From an uncultured Dehalococcoidia bacterium (GTDB lineage: Bacteria > Chloroflexota > Dehalococcoidia > UBA2247 > RBG-13-53-26): a stretch of 50,078 nucleotides of DNA. The stretch spans positions 1 through 50,078 of the forward strand of contig CAZTYW010000007.1 of assembly GCA_964617695.1 (NCBI GenBank). Direction: 5' to 3'. Under the pieces are notes generated by a model. That model was not told where the DNA came from and made no database searches. It saw only the letters and a list, made by a program, of their open reading frames with translations. The position numbers and the translations under genes are program-made. Positions 34,653 to 44,635 of the stretch are shown here, one piece after another; the stretch's first letter is position 1, and every line of letters starts with the position of its first letter.

Positions 34653-36435
34653 CGACCCTCTCCATCCGGTACGCTTCGATTGTGTCGCCCTCCTCAAACT
34701 CGTTGAACCCCTCCAGCCCCACCCCACACTCGAAGCCTTTCGCCACGTCTTTGACGTCGTCCTTGAAGCGCCTCAGGCTGATAACCTTGCCTTCGTATAC
34801 AATCTGCTCACCCCGCAGTACCCTGACCAGGCTGTCTCGTTTCAACTTCCCGTCGGTGACATAGACGCCAGCCGCCTTACCCAGCTTGCTGGCGGTGAAA
34901 ACAGCCCTGACTTCCGCATGCCCCTCGACAACCTCAGCGTACGAGGGCTCCTTCATACCCTTGACCGCCCTCTCTATGTCGCCCAGCAGGTCATAGATTA
35001 TGCTGTAAGAACGGATGCCCACCCCCTCTGATTCGGCCAGGCGGCGTGCACCCAGGGTGGGTGCAGTGTCGAAGCCAACAACAATCCCCTTGGATGCCAG
35101 AGCCAGCATTACGTCACTTTCGGTAATCTCGCCACTGCCGGAGTGAATGATGTTCACTTTGACTTCCTCTGTCTGAAGCCGTTCCACAGAGTCCTTTATC
35201 GGCTCGATGCTGCCCTGGACACCGGTCTTGAGGACGAGGTTAAGCTCCTTTATCCCCCCCTCCCGGACTTCCCCCAGCAGCATGTCCAGAGTGATGGTCC
35301 TGGAAGGCCGGAGCGACTTGAGTTGCTGCTGTTGCTGTCGCTCCTGCGCCAGGGCCCGCGCCTCCCGGTCACTGCTGACCACAGCGAAGGTGTCGCCTGC
35401 CTGAGGCACACCACCCAAGCCCAGGACCTTGACAGCAGCGGCCGGTTCCGCCCGCTTGATCCGCTTGCCAGCATCATTGAACATGGCTTTCACTTTGCCC
35501 CAGTCAGCACCAACAACCACCGGATCCCCTAGCTTCAGGCTGCCGTTCTGTACCAGCAGCGTGGCCAGGGCCCCCTTGGTCTTGTCCAGTCCAGCCTCTA
35601 TGACTACACCATCGGCTGGGACATTGGGGTCGGCCTGCAGTTCCAGCAGCTCGGCAACGACCAGGATGTTCTCAAGCAACTCGGAAACACCTATCTTGGC
35701 TTTGGCGGAGACGGGGACGCAAATAGTATCCCCACCCCACTCCTCGATAACCAGACCCTCTTCAGCAAGCTGCTGCTTGACTCGGTCGAGGTTGACATCA
35801 GGCTTATCAATCTTGTTCAGCGCCACAACAATCGGCACCCCGGCGGCGCGAGCGTGGGCAATGGCCTCTCTGGTCTGCGGCATGACCCCGTCATCGGCAG
35901 CTACCACGAGCACAGCAATGTCTGTCGCCTTTGCACCCCTGGCACGCATAGCTGTGAAGGCCTCGTGGCCCGGAGTGTCCAGAAACGTTATCTTCTTGCC
36001 GTCTACCTCAGCCTGGTAGGCGCCAATGTGCTGTGTAATGCCCCCAGCTTCGGTATCAACCACATTTGTCTGCCGGATGGCATCCAACAGCTTGGTCTTG
36101 CCATGGTCGATGTGGCCCATGACGGTAATCACGGGTGGACGGGGTTGAAGCTCCCCTGCCTCCGCCTCGCCCCTGACAACGGCGGTAGGTTCCGGAGTCG
36201 ACTTGGCTACAGCCTCGAAACCGAACTCCTCGGCAACCACCGACGCAGAATCATAATCGATGGTCTGGTTAAGAGCCGCGATAACCCCGTTCTGCATCAG
36301 GTGCTTGATCACTTCAACGCCGCTGATCCCCAGCACATCGGCCAGTTGCTGCACCGTCAGCAGGCGCGGAATCTCAACCCGCCGTTCCGCCTTGGATGAC
36401 GATCCTGCTTCCTTGCTGCCTTTTGCCACTTTCAC
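34636..36435 (-). CDS. infB: Translation initiation factor IF-2
   Basis: RPPVITVMGHIDHGKT, GGITQHIGAY, DTPGHEAF, NKID, SLRRFKDDV. Confidence 0.98.
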   Translation of the reverse strand: MKVAKGSKEAGSSSKAERRVEIPRLLTVQQLADVLGISGVEVIKHLMQNGVIAALNQTIDYDSASVVAEEFGFEAVAKSTPEPTAVVRGEAEAGELQPRPPVITVMGHIDHGKTKLLDAIRQTNVVDTEAGGITQHIGAYQAEVDGKKITFLDTPGHEAFTAMRARGAKATDIAVLVVAADDGVMPQTREAIAHARAAGVPIVVALNKIDKPDVNLDRVKQQLAEEGLVIEEWGGDTICVPVSAKAKIGVSELLENILVVAELLELQADPNVPADGVVIEAGLDKTKGALATLLVQNGSLKLGDPVVVGADWGKVKAMFNDAGKRIKRAEPAAAVKVLGLGGVPQAGDTFAVVSSDREARALAQERQQQQQLKSLRPSRTITLDMLLGEVREGGIKELNLVLKTGVQGSIEPIKDSVERLQTEEVKVNIIHSGSGEITESDVMLALASKGIVVGFDTAPTLGARRLAESEGVGIRSYSIIYDLLGDIERAVKGMKEPSYAEVVEGHAEVRAVFTASKLGKAAGVYVTDGKLKRDSLVRVLRGEQIVYEGKVISLRRFKDDVKDVAKGFECGVGLEGFNEFEEGDTIEAYRMERVDESAN

Positions 36436-36767
36436 TCCGCAGCCTGAGAGGAGGTGTTGCCCATGTCATCATAGCAGAGCGTCTTGCCAACCTCCAACAA
36501 TTCGGCCCAGTTGCTGTCGCCTATTGTACCGCGCAGCGCCCGCTCGAGCCTGGCTTTCTTCAGTCCTTTCTGCCAACAATCCGCCGAGTAACACAGGTAG
36601 GCCCCTCGCCCCGGCTTCTTTCCCGACGGATCCACCTCAACCGCTCCACCACCGGTATGGACTACGCGGATCAGCTCACGTTTCCGCTTCACCTCACGGC
36701 AAGAAACACACGTCCGCCGAGGAATGTGCCTGATTGGCTGTAACTGGCCCGTGCTACTCGCCTTCAT
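36432..36767 (-). CDS. ylxR: YlxR (DUF448) RNA-binding protein
   Basis: PRRTCVSCR...KRELIRVV, GKKPGRGAYLC; lies between nusA and infB. Confidence 0.92.
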   Translation of the reverse strand: MKASSTGQLQPIRHIPRRTCVSCREVKRKRELIRVVHTGGGAVEVDPSGKKPGRGAYLCYSADCWQKGLKKARLERALRGTIGDSNWAELLEVGKTLCYDDMGNTSSQAAE

Positions 36768-38346
36768 CTTCATCACCAGCCGCATCCCCCGTCGCCTTGC
36801 CTGCCAGGTCGAAGTCGTCGCCAAGTCCATCGTCCAGGTCGAGGTCCTCATCCGACACGCGCTGGCGCCGGGCTGCCTTCTTCGCCTTGGGCTTCGCCGG
36901 TGCCAGTTCGTCCTTCGCAGCAGCCGTCTTTCTCCCCCTCTTGACCTTGGGTTCCGCCTTGGGCGCCGGAGCCGGGCCACCAAAACGGCTTTGAATCTTC
37001 TCAGTGGCCGCCTCTATTTCGGACAGTATCTCTTCAACCGTGAAGGTCTTAGCAGGTTCTTCAGCTTCTGCCGCGATTTCAGCCTCCGTTACCAGCTCCT
37101 CCAACGCGGCCACCTCTTCAACAGCCGCAACCGCTTCTTCAGCCACGGGCTCTGCGGCGGCTGCCACTTCGGGTTCGGCCTCCGCTATTACTTCCGCCGC
37201 TTCGCTGGGGACTGCTTCCTCAACAGCCTCAGCCACGGCCTCCGCCGCCAACTCAGGTGCCGGCTCTTCAACGGCCACTTCCTCCGTCACCGCCGGAGCA
37301 GCCTCCGCGGCTTCGATCATGGACACGCTCTTGATGTCAATGCGCCACCCAGTCAATCTGGCAGCCAGCCGGGCGTTCTGCCCTCCTTTCCCGATGGCCA
37401 GAGACAGTTGCTTGTCGGGAACAATCACGCTGGCGCCCTTCTCCTCCTCATTTATCTCCACTCTCACCGCCGCTGCAGGGCTGAGAGCACTGGCAATGAA
37501 GACGGCGGGATCGGAATGCCACTGAATTACGTCCATCTTCTCGCCGTTGAGTTCTTTGATGATATTCTGAATTCTGATACTGCGAAGGCCCAGACAGCAC
37601 CCAACCGCATCCACACCTTCCTGCCGAGACACAACGGCAACTTTGCTTCGATAGCCGGGTTCACGGGCGAGGGCCTTGACTTCCACCGTGCCGTTGTGGA
37701 TCTCGGGCACCTCCAGTTCGAAGAGGCGGCGCAGCAGATTGTGATGCGTTCGTGACACAATCAACTGAGTGCCTCTGGTACCTCGCAGCACCTTCAACAG
37801 GTACAGCTTGAGCCTCTGCCCTATCCGGTAGTGTTCCGTACTCACCTGTTCGGCTACAGGCAGTATTGCCTCAGCCCGGCCTATGTCAACAATGACCTGC
37901 CTGGGGTCAACAATATGCACAACGCCACTGACGATGTCGCCTTCCTTGTCCGCATACTCACCGAAGATGGCGTCGCGTTCTGCCTCGCGCAACCGCTGTA
38001 GTATCACCTGTTTCGCTGTCTGAGCGGCAATGCGTCCGGCATTGGCCGGGGTGAACTCCACATCAATCACGTCCCCAGCCTGAGCATCTGGCCTGATCTT
38101 TCTGGCCTGGGCCACCGACAGCTCCCGGCGCCGGTCGCTGGTCCTCTTGACCACATCCATTCGGGCATACACCTTGACCTCACCCGTCTGCGGTGAGATC
38201 CTGACCGAGATTTCCTGATCTGGCGCAAAGCTGGTCTTCTTGAATATGGGAACCAGCGCTGACTCCAGCGTCCTGAGGATAACTTCCTTCGGGAGATTCC
38301 TCTCAGCGGCCAGCTGCGTGAGAGCGATAACAAAATCAGTCTTCAT
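36754..38346 (-). CDS. nusA: Transcription termination/antitermination factor NusA with acidic low-complexity tail
   Basis: GRIAAQTAKQVI.QRLREAE, LFELEVPEI, AREPGYRSKVAV, LSLAIGKGGQNARLAARLTGWRIDI. Confidence 0.97.
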   Translation of the reverse strand: MKTDFVIALTQLAAERNLPKEVILRTLESALVPIFKKTSFAPDQEISVRISPQTGEVKVYARMDVVKRTSDRRRELSVAQARKIRPDAQAGDVIDVEFTPANAGRIAAQTAKQVILQRLREAERDAIFGEYADKEGDIVSGVVHIVDPRQVIVDIGRAEAILPVAEQVSTEHYRIGQRLKLYLLKVLRGTRGTQLIVSRTHHNLLRRLFELEVPEIHNGTVEVKALAREPGYRSKVAVVSRQEGVDAVGCCLGLRSIRIQNIIKELNGEKMDVIQWHSDPAVFIASALSPAAAVRVEINEEEKGASVIVPDKQLSLAIGKGGQNARLAARLTGWRIDIKSVSMIEAAEAAPAVTEEVAVEEPAPELAAEAVAEAVEEAVPSEAAEVIAEAEPEVAAAAEPVAEEAVAAVEEVAALEELVTEAEIAAEAEEPAKTFTVEEILSEIEAATEKIQSRFGGPAPAPKAEPKVKRGRKTAAAKDELAPAKPKAKKAARRQRVSDEDLDLDDGLGDDFDLAGKATGDAAGDEDEGE

Positions 38347-38380
38347 CTCCGGACAAGCCTCCCCTCCTACGCCTCCTGTA

Positions 38381-38407
38381 ACAAAAGAAGTGGGGGCTAC
38401 CCACTTC
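38381..38407 (-). promoter_or_regulatory. rimP/nusA leader-type hairpin (attenuator-like)
   Basis: GAAGTGGG-TAGCC-CCCACTTC followed by TTTT, downstream of TTGCTT-N17-TATATT (38431-38459). Confidence 0.7.
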
Positions 38408-38551
38408 ACACAGAAGTCAGTGTCAGGGCTAATATAGCACAAGGGGTGCAAAAAAGCAAGGGTGCAAAGAAACCCGGGAGGCCTTTTTTCAGGCTGTTTT
38501 CAGGCCCAGACAATCCACGCTGAGAAGATATATCGTAATGATACTTATCTT

Positions 38552-40369
38552 CTAAATATACTGTTTGACCCTCTCCGCCACCGACCTGGTCATCCCGTCC
38601 AACGACGCCAGCTCTTCCACCGATGAATCTCTGATTCTCCTGATCGAGCCAAAAGCCTTCAGCAGCACCCGCTTCCGCTTGGCTCCCACCCCAGGGACGG
38701 CATCGAGGGGCGAGGCCAGCGTGCCCCGCTGGTGCACCTTGTGGTGGTAACCCAGAGCGAAACGGTGCGCCTCATCCCTCAGCCTCTGGACCAGATACAG
38801 CGCGGCCGAATCACGACGAAGCATCACCGGGTCCGGCACCTGCGGCAGGAATATGGCCTCGTTCTCTTTGGCAATGCTGGCACAGTGGACACGATCCAGG
38901 CCACTCTCCTTCATGACCTCCAGACCCGCGCTTAGCTGCCCCCTGCCGCCGTCGATCAGGACCAGGTCAGGCACCGACCACGCATCTCCCTCGGGCTCTC
39001 TGGCGCTCCTCTTGAAGCGCCGCCTGAGCACCTCCCGAATCATGGCATAGTCGTCGGCACCGGCCACCGACTTGATCCTGAACCGCCTGTAGTGGGACTT
39101 CCTCGGCTGTCCACCTTCGAAGACGACCATGCTTCCAACGGCGTAGGCCCCCTGTATGTTCGAGATGTCGTAACATTCGACCCGCTGTGGAAGGCAGGTC
39201 AACGAAAGCTCCTCCTTCAGCTCCTTCAGTGCGTTGGCCACGACCTCAGGCTCAGCCAGCAGCTTGATCCTCATCTGTTCCAGACCCTGCCGCGCATTCT
39301 CTGCCACCATGTCCACCAGCTCCTTCTTCACACCCCGTCGCGGCACCCGTACCGCGACCCTGCCACCCCTCCTGCTCTGCAACCACCCCTCGACAAGAGA
39401 CGTCTCCTGCACGGGATGCTGGAGCAGTATCTGGCGCGGGATATGGGGAGCAGAACTGTAGAACTGCTTCACGAAGCTGGTCATTACCTGAGAAGGGTCT
39501 TCGCCATGCGTTCCTGCCAGCATGAAGTTCTCCCTGCCCAGCAGCTTCCCATTCCGTATCACGAAGACCAACACGTAGGCCTGCTCCCGGGCCTGGGCGA
39601 AAGCAATCACGTCCACTTCCCCTTCTGCTGAAGCGATCTTCTGCCTCTCGATCACCTTCTCCACGCCGCCGATCTGGTCGCGAATCAGGGCGGCCTTCTC
39701 AAACTCCAGGTCCTTAGCTGCTGCGGCCATCTTCCGGCGCAGTTCCCGCACTACCACCTCCTGTTTCCCCTCAAGGAAAAGGACGACCTGGTCTATCACC
39801 TGCCGGTACTCATCTTTGCTCACCGCAGAAATGCACGGCCCCAGACAGCGGTGTATGTGGTGTTCCAGGCATGGTCGCGACTCTTTCCCCGTGATTGCCT
39901 TTTTGCAGCTGCGGAGGAGGAACAGCTTCCTCAGCAACGCCAGGGTCCTGCGGACTGATCCCGCGCTGGCAAAGGGCCCGAAGTACCTGGCACCGTCCTT
40001 CGCCAGGCGCCGGGTCATGAACACAGCAGGCCAGTCCTCGCCAATCCCTATCCTCAGGTAGGGATAGCTCTTGTCGTCCTTCATCCGGACGTTGTATCGC
40101 GGCCGATACTTCTTAATAAGATTGCATTCGAGCAGGATAGCCTCCTGTTCCGAATCGGTCACGAAGAACTCAAAGTCGGCTACCTGAGGCACCATCTTCT
40201 GCAGCTTGGCAGACAGATTGCCGGGCGGGCCGAAGTAGGTGCCAACGCGATGATACAGGCTGGCGGCTTTCCCCACGTAGAGTACGCTGTCCTCTTCGTC
40301 CTTCAGCATATACACCCCTGGCCTGGCCGGAAGTGCTCTCAGTTGCTGATGCAGCCGTTCGTGCGCCAT
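38552..40369 (-). CDS. uvrC: Excinuclease ABC subunit C
   Basis: PGVY, YVGKA, P.YN...KDDKSYPY, ECYDISN, DDYAM, DGGRGQL, RDEAHRFA, HhH tail. Confidence 0.98.
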   Translation of the reverse strand: MAHERLHQQLRALPARPGVYMLKDEEDSVLYVGKAASLYHRVGTYFGPPGNLSAKLQKMVPQVADFEFFVTDSEQEAILLECNLIKKYRPRYNVRMKDDKSYPYLRIGIGEDWPAVFMTRRLAKDGARYFGPFASAGSVRRTLALLRKLFLLRSCKKAITGKESRPCLEHHIHRCLGPCISAVSKDEYRQVIDQVVLFLEGKQEVVVRELRRKMAAAAKDLEFEKAALIRDQIGGVEKVIERQKIASAEGEVDVIAFAQAREQAYVLVFVIRNGKLLGRENFMLAGTHGEDPSQVMTSFVKQFYSSAPHIPRQILLQHPVQETSLVEGWLQSRRGGRVAVRVPRRGVKKELVDMVAENARQGLEQMRIKLLAEPEVVANALKELKEELSLTCLPQRVECYDISNIQGAYAVGSMVVFEGGQPRKSHYRRFRIKSVAGADDYAMIREVLRRRFKRSAREPEGDAWSVPDLVLIDGGRGQLSAGLEVMKESGLDRVHCASIAKENEAIFLPQVPDPVMLRRDSAALYLVQRLRDEAHRFALGYHHKVHQRGTLASPLDAVPGVGAKRKRVLLKAFGSIRRIRDSSVEELASLDGMTRSVAERVKQYI

Positions 40370-40452
40370 AGCTAAGAAGATTCTACCATTTTAGTCTCGA
40401 CTGTGTTACAATATTGCCGCCCTCACGACAAATTGCTCTTCAAAGGAGATTT

Positions 40453-41226
40453 ATGAGACAGGAAATCGAGGCATTCTTAGATTACCTGATCACAGCAAAG
40501 AAATTCTCCGAAAACACCGTTGCCGCTTATAGAAATGACCTTGTCCAGCTGGCAGAGTTTCTCCAAGAGAAGGGCGTCACCGAATGGTCAGAAGTAGACC
40601 GCCAGCTAATTCTAAGCTACCTCCTCGACCTGAGGCAGAGGGGCTATGCCCTAGCCACCGTAGCCCGCAAGACAGCCTCGGCCAAATCCCTGTTCAGATG
40701 CCTGGTGGACAAGGGAGTCATCCGAAACTCACCCACCGAGAATCTCGGTTCCCCTAGAGTCAAGAAATCGTTGCCACGTCCACTCACAGTGGCCCAGGTC
40801 AGACAGTTGCTGCTGCAGCCTGAGAACCACACCACACCTGAAGCGAAGCGGGACAAAGCAATGCTGGAGTTCCTCTATGCCACCGGCATACAGGTCCGCG
40901 AGTTGATGTCGCTGAACACGGAGGACGTTGATTTTCACGCCGACCGCGTTACATACCTGTTGTCGGGCTCAAAGAGGCGGAACGGCGCAGTCGATCGAGA
41001 CTCGGTCCCTTCCCTGCAGAAGTACCTGGAGGAAGCCCGCCCGCAGCTTGCCCGCGGCAAGGACGAAAAGGCCCTGTTCGTGAACAGGCTTGGAGAAAGG
41101 CTCACCAGGCAGGGATTCTGGCAGATCCTGAAAGGCTACGCCAGGGCGGCGAACCTTGGCAACCTCGTCACCCTCCGCGCCCTGCGTCACAGCTTCGCTG
41201 CCCACTCATCCAACCCAAAAGGCTGA
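40453..41226 (+). CDS. XerD-like tyrosine recombinase homolog, C-terminally truncated and catalytically degenerate
   Basis: SENTVAAYRNDL, ATVARK, LPR.L, RDKAMLE.LYATG, LFVN..G..LTRQGFW, LRHSFA; catalytic R/K/H substituted and LGH...Y absent. Confidence 0.8.
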   Translation: MRQEIEAFLDYLITAKKFSENTVAAYRNDLVQLAEFLQEKGVTEWSEVDRQLILSYLLDLRQRGYALATVARKTASAKSLFRCLVDKGVIRNSPTENLGSPRVKKSLPRPLTVAQVRQLLLQPENHTTPEAKRDKAMLEFLYATGIQVRELMSLNTEDVDFHADRVTYLLSGSKRRNGAVDRDSVPSLQKYLEEARPQLARGKDEKALFVNRLGERLTRQGFWQILKGYARAANLGNLVTLRALRHSFAAHSSNPKG

Positions 41227-41347
41227 CCTTTGTTCCGCATAACTCCATTGCCCGGCGCTTCCCACGGCGAATTGGCTTGCCCGCAGCCCGGCAGCCCGCC
41301 CGACACAAGCACAACCTGCCAAGTAACAGTGTTCAAAGGAGGACCCG

Positions 41348-42118
41348 ATGGGGCTTTTGTACGAGAAACGGGGAAAGATCGCCTACATCACCATTGACCG
41401 CCCTCGAGCTCTCAATTCCATTGACCCGCAGACATTTGGGGAACTCAGTCAGGCGCTGGTGGATTTCAGGGACGACAACGACGCCTGGGTCGCCATTGTC
41501 ACCGGCAGCGGCAGCCGGGCCTTCTGCGTTGGGGCCGACATAAAAGAGATGCTGCCCGTACTGGCTGAGATTCGAAACGAGTGGTGGCGGGTACCCCCGA
41601 CCCTGTTTCGCGGGCTGGAGCTGTGGAAGCCCACCATCGCCGCCATCAACGGCCACGCCCTCGGGGGCGGGCTGGAGCTGGCCCTCGGCTGCGACCTGAG
41701 GATCGCCTCCGAGGCTGCCACCTTTGGCTTCCCCGAAGTGACCCTGGGCATAATCCCAGGCTGGGGAGGGACTCAGAGGCTGGCCAGGGCCATACCCAGA
41801 GCCAGGGCCGCAGAGCTGATTTTCCTCGGCGAGCGCATCGACGCCCAGGAGGCCTTCCGCATAGGCCTGGTCAACAGGGTGGTCCCCCCCGATCAGCTCA
41901 TGCCCACCGCCGAGGAGTGGGCCCAGAGGCTGTGCGACATACCCCCCCTGGCGGTGAGGGCGGCAAAGGAGGCAATGTACAAGGGGCTCGAAATGACCCT
42001 CGAGGAGGGCCTGAGGCTTGAGACCAAGCTGATGGACTTCTGCGTTGCCACCGAAGACCATAAGGAGGCCAGAGAGGCTTTCCTGGAGAAGAGGAAAGCG
42101 GAACCCAAAGGCAAATAG
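41348..42118 (+). CDS. Enoyl-CoA hydratase (crotonase)
   Basis: FCVGADI, AAINGHALGGGLE, FPEVTLGIIPGWGGTQRL with both catalytic Glu. Confidence 0.92.
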   Translation: MGLLYEKRGKIAYITIDRPRALNSIDPQTFGELSQALVDFRDDNDAWVAIVTGSGSRAFCVGADIKEMLPVLAEIRNEWWRVPPTLFRGLELWKPTIAAINGHALGGGLELALGCDLRIASEAATFGFPEVTLGIIPGWGGTQRLARAIPRARAAELIFLGERIDAQEAFRIGLVNRVVPPDQLMPTAEEWAQRLCDIPPLAVRAAKEAMYKGLEMTLEEGLRLETKLMDFCVATEDHKEAREAFLEKRKAEPKGK

Positions 42119-42171
42119 GGCCAAGCCTTCACGCAAGCTAAGAGAATTGCAGAACCGAGAAAGGAGTGACA

Positions 42172-43023
42172 ATGGAAATCAAGAAGGTTGGTGTAGTAGG
42201 TTGCGGCCTGATGGGCGGAGGTATTGCCGAGGTGTGTGCCAAAGCCGGCTACCCTGTGGTGGTGCTGGAAGTCAACCAGCAGTTTCTCGACAAGGGGATC
42301 TCAAACATCAAGACATCCATGGAGAGAGCAGCCAGGAAGGGCAGGATGACTGAGGAAGAGGCTGCGGCCACCCTGGGACGCATCAAGGGCACACTCAGCA
42401 TGGACGACTTCAAGGACTGCGACCTGGTCATTGAAGCGGCCATCGAGAACCTGGACGAGAAGAAGAGGATTTTCGCCGGGCTGGACAAGGTCTGCCCACC
42501 GCACACCTACCTGGCCAGCAACACCTCCTGCCTGTCGATTCTCGACCTGGCCGTAACCACCGGCAGGCCCAGCCAGGTACTGGGGCTGCACTTCTTCAGT
42601 CCGGTACCGGTGATGAAGCTGGTGGAGATTGTCAAAACACTGGTAACCGGGGACGAGGCTGTCGAGGTGGGCAGGGAATTCTGCAAGGCCATCGGCAAGG
42701 AGACGGTGATGTGCCAGGACACGCCCGGATTCATCGCCAACCGCCTGAGCATGGTCTATCTGGTCTACGTCATCCGCTGCTACGAGCAGGGCCTGGCGAC
42801 CAAGGAGGACATCGACAAGACAATGAGGCTGGGGCTGAACCACCCCATGGGTCCCCTGGAGCTGTCGGACTTCATCGGGCTTGACACGGTGTACTACATT
42901 CTCACCGCCATGCACGAACAGACGAGCGACCCGCTGTTTGCTCCGCCCACTCTGCTAAAGAAGATGGTCACCGCAGGCCATCTGGGGCGCAAGACCGGGA
43001 AAGGGTTCTACGACTACAGGTAA
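42172..43023 (+). CDS. hbd: 3-hydroxyacyl(butyryl)-CoA dehydrogenase
   Basis: GCGLMGGGIA, VIEAAIE, ASNTS, GLHFFSP, GFIANR, HPMGPLELSD.IGLD, GRKTGKGFY. Confidence 0.92.
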   Translation: MEIKKVGVVGCGLMGGGIAEVCAKAGYPVVVLEVNQQFLDKGISNIKTSMERAARKGRMTEEEAAATLGRIKGTLSMDDFKDCDLVIEAAIENLDEKKRIFAGLDKVCPPHTYLASNTSCLSILDLAVTTGRPSQVLGLHFFSPVPVMKLVEIVKTLVTGDEAVEVGREFCKAIGKETVMCQDTPGFIANRLSMVYLVYVIRCYEQGLATKEDIDKTMRLGLNHPMGPLELSDFIGLDTVYYILTAMHEQTSDPLFAPPTLLKKMVTAGHLGRKTGKGFYDYR

Positions 43024-43072
43024 GCTGTCCCCGGGCGTGGGTTTCCCAGGTGACATGGCATAGTGACGATTT

Positions 43073-43107
43073 CGGCCCTGCCAGCACTTGTTCCGCTGGC
43101 AGGGCCG
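43073..43107. terminator. Hairpin between convergent hbd and thiolase
   Basis: Perfect 13-bp stem CGGCCCTGCCAGC/GCTGGCAGGGCCG with 9-nt loop. Confidence 0.6.
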
Positions 43108-43138
43108 TTCGCTTTGTCGCCAACAGGGGGTGTGTACT

Positions 43139-44470
43139 CTAGCGCTCGAGGACCATGGCCATTCCCTGCCCCCCACCGATACACAGGGTAGCAAGTCCCC
43201 GGTGCGCATTCCTTCTCTCCATCTCGTAGAGCAGCGTCACCAGTATCCTGGCGCCGCTGCAGCCAATGGGGTGCCCCAGGGATATCCCTGATCCGTGAGG
43301 ATTGACGCTCTCACAGCCGTCCTGGCGGAAGTCTTTGCTTTCGCCGTACCTGGGGATGCCCAACTCCTTCATGCAGGCGATGGTCTGGGAAGCAAAGGCC
43401 TCATTCAGCTCGATCAGGTCCATGTCCTTGATGCTGTAGCCCGTCCGCTTCATCAGCTTGCGCGTGGCAGGTATTGGCCCCAGGCCCATGTACTTGGGAT
43501 CAACCCCGCCGGAGGCGCAGCCGACTATCGACGCCCAGATTTTCAGACCGTTTCTCTCGGCAAACTCCCTGGATGTAATGAGCAGGGCAGCAGCCCCGTC
43601 ATTGATGCCCGAGGCATTGCCTGCAGTCACCGTGCCGCCCTTGACGAAGGCCGCGCCGAGCTTGCCCATCCTCTCCACGTTTGTCTCTATCGGCCTTTCG
43701 TCGGTATCGAACGGTCTGGGGCCGCCCTTCTGTGGTATTTCCACCGCCACAATCTCCTGACTGAACAGGCCATCCTTGATTGCCTTCATGGCCCTGTGAT
43801 GGCTCTCGGCACCCAGTTCGTCCTGCTCAATTCTGGATATCTTGTAGTCCGTGGCGATGTTCTCTGCTGTCACACCCATGTGGTAGTCGTAGAATATCTC
43901 GTACAGGCCATCGAAGACCATCATGTCCAGTGCCTCGGCCTTGGCCCCTATGTCCATGCGGTAGCCCCAGCGGGCCTTGGGCAGGGCGTAAGGCGCAGAG
44001 CTCATGCTCTCCATTCCGCCGGCAATGATGGCGTCTGCGTCCCCAGCCTTTATCGCCTGAGCAGCCAGGGCGACTGCCTTCATCCCGGAAGCGCATATCT
44101 TGTTGACAGTGAACGCACCTGCTTCCTGAGGCACGCCTGCCCTGATGCTTGCCTGTCTGCAGGTGTTCTGGCCCTGTCCCCCCTGAATGACGTTGCCCAT
44201 GATGACTTCGTCTATCACCAGCGGTTGCAGACCGTCGTCCCAGTGCATGTACCTGGCTTCGACCTCACTCCTGTCCACGTCCCTGGAAACGACGGGCCTG
44301 ACCTGCTTGAGCTCATCGGAGACGACGGGTCTCACGCCCGCCCTTTTCATCACTTCTTTGATTACAGTCTTGCCAAGATCGACGACGGGGACGTCTCTCA
44401 GGGAACCGCCGAAAGCACCCACGGCTGTCCTGACTACACTGACAACTACGGCCTGTCTGCTGTTATCCAC
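43139..44470 (-). CDS. Acetyl-CoA C-acetyltransferase (thiolase)
   Basis: [46 protein letters not shown]. Confidence 0.95.
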   Translation of the reverse strand: MDNSRQAVVVSVVRTAVGAFGGSLRDVPVVDLGKTVIKEVMKRAGVRPVVSDELKQVRPVVSRDVDRSEVEARYMHWDDGLQPLVIDEVIMGNVIQGGQGQNTCRQASIRAGVPQEAGAFTVNKICASGMKAVALAAQAIKAGDADAIIAGGMESMSSAPYALPKARWGYRMDIGAKAEALDMMVFDGLYEIFYDYHMGVTAENIATDYKISRIEQDELGAESHHRAMKAIKDGLFSQEIVAVEIPQKGGPRPFDTDERPIETNVERMGKLGAAFVKGGTVTAGNASGINDGAAALLITSREFAERNGLKIWASIVGCASGGVDPKYMGLGPIPATRKLMKRTGYSIKDMDLIELNEAFASQTIACMKELGIPRYGESKDFRQDGCESVNPHGSGISLGHPIGCSGARILVTLLYEMERRNAHRGLATLCIGGGQGMAMVLER

Positions 44471-44635
44471 TGGTTCCTCCTTCGGTATGGTTCAGACTGG
44501 TTTCCACAACTGCACATGCCGGAAGCTGGCGCCACACGGTTGCCATCATGCGGTTGCAGCGGTCCGTGATAGACGTGCAGGGTTGCTGTAGCCACTTGCT
44601 GGAGTGGGTCGCTGCATACACCGGGGGAAGTCCAG

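Noticed and set aside
40453-41226. Phage or island integrase marking a mobile element
   Set aside because: The sequence is XerD-like and inactive, with no tRNA/att site, and the flanks are housekeeping or metabolic genes. DNA to the right looks somewhat GC-richer by eye, but this was not computed
3410-44569. Long antisense or alternative-frame ORFs (e.g. 3410-4390, 9101-10117, 18799-19728, 25723-26835, 36724-37755, 43295-44569)
   Set aside because: Shadows of well-supported genes on the opposite strand in GC-rich DNA; no recognisable motifs
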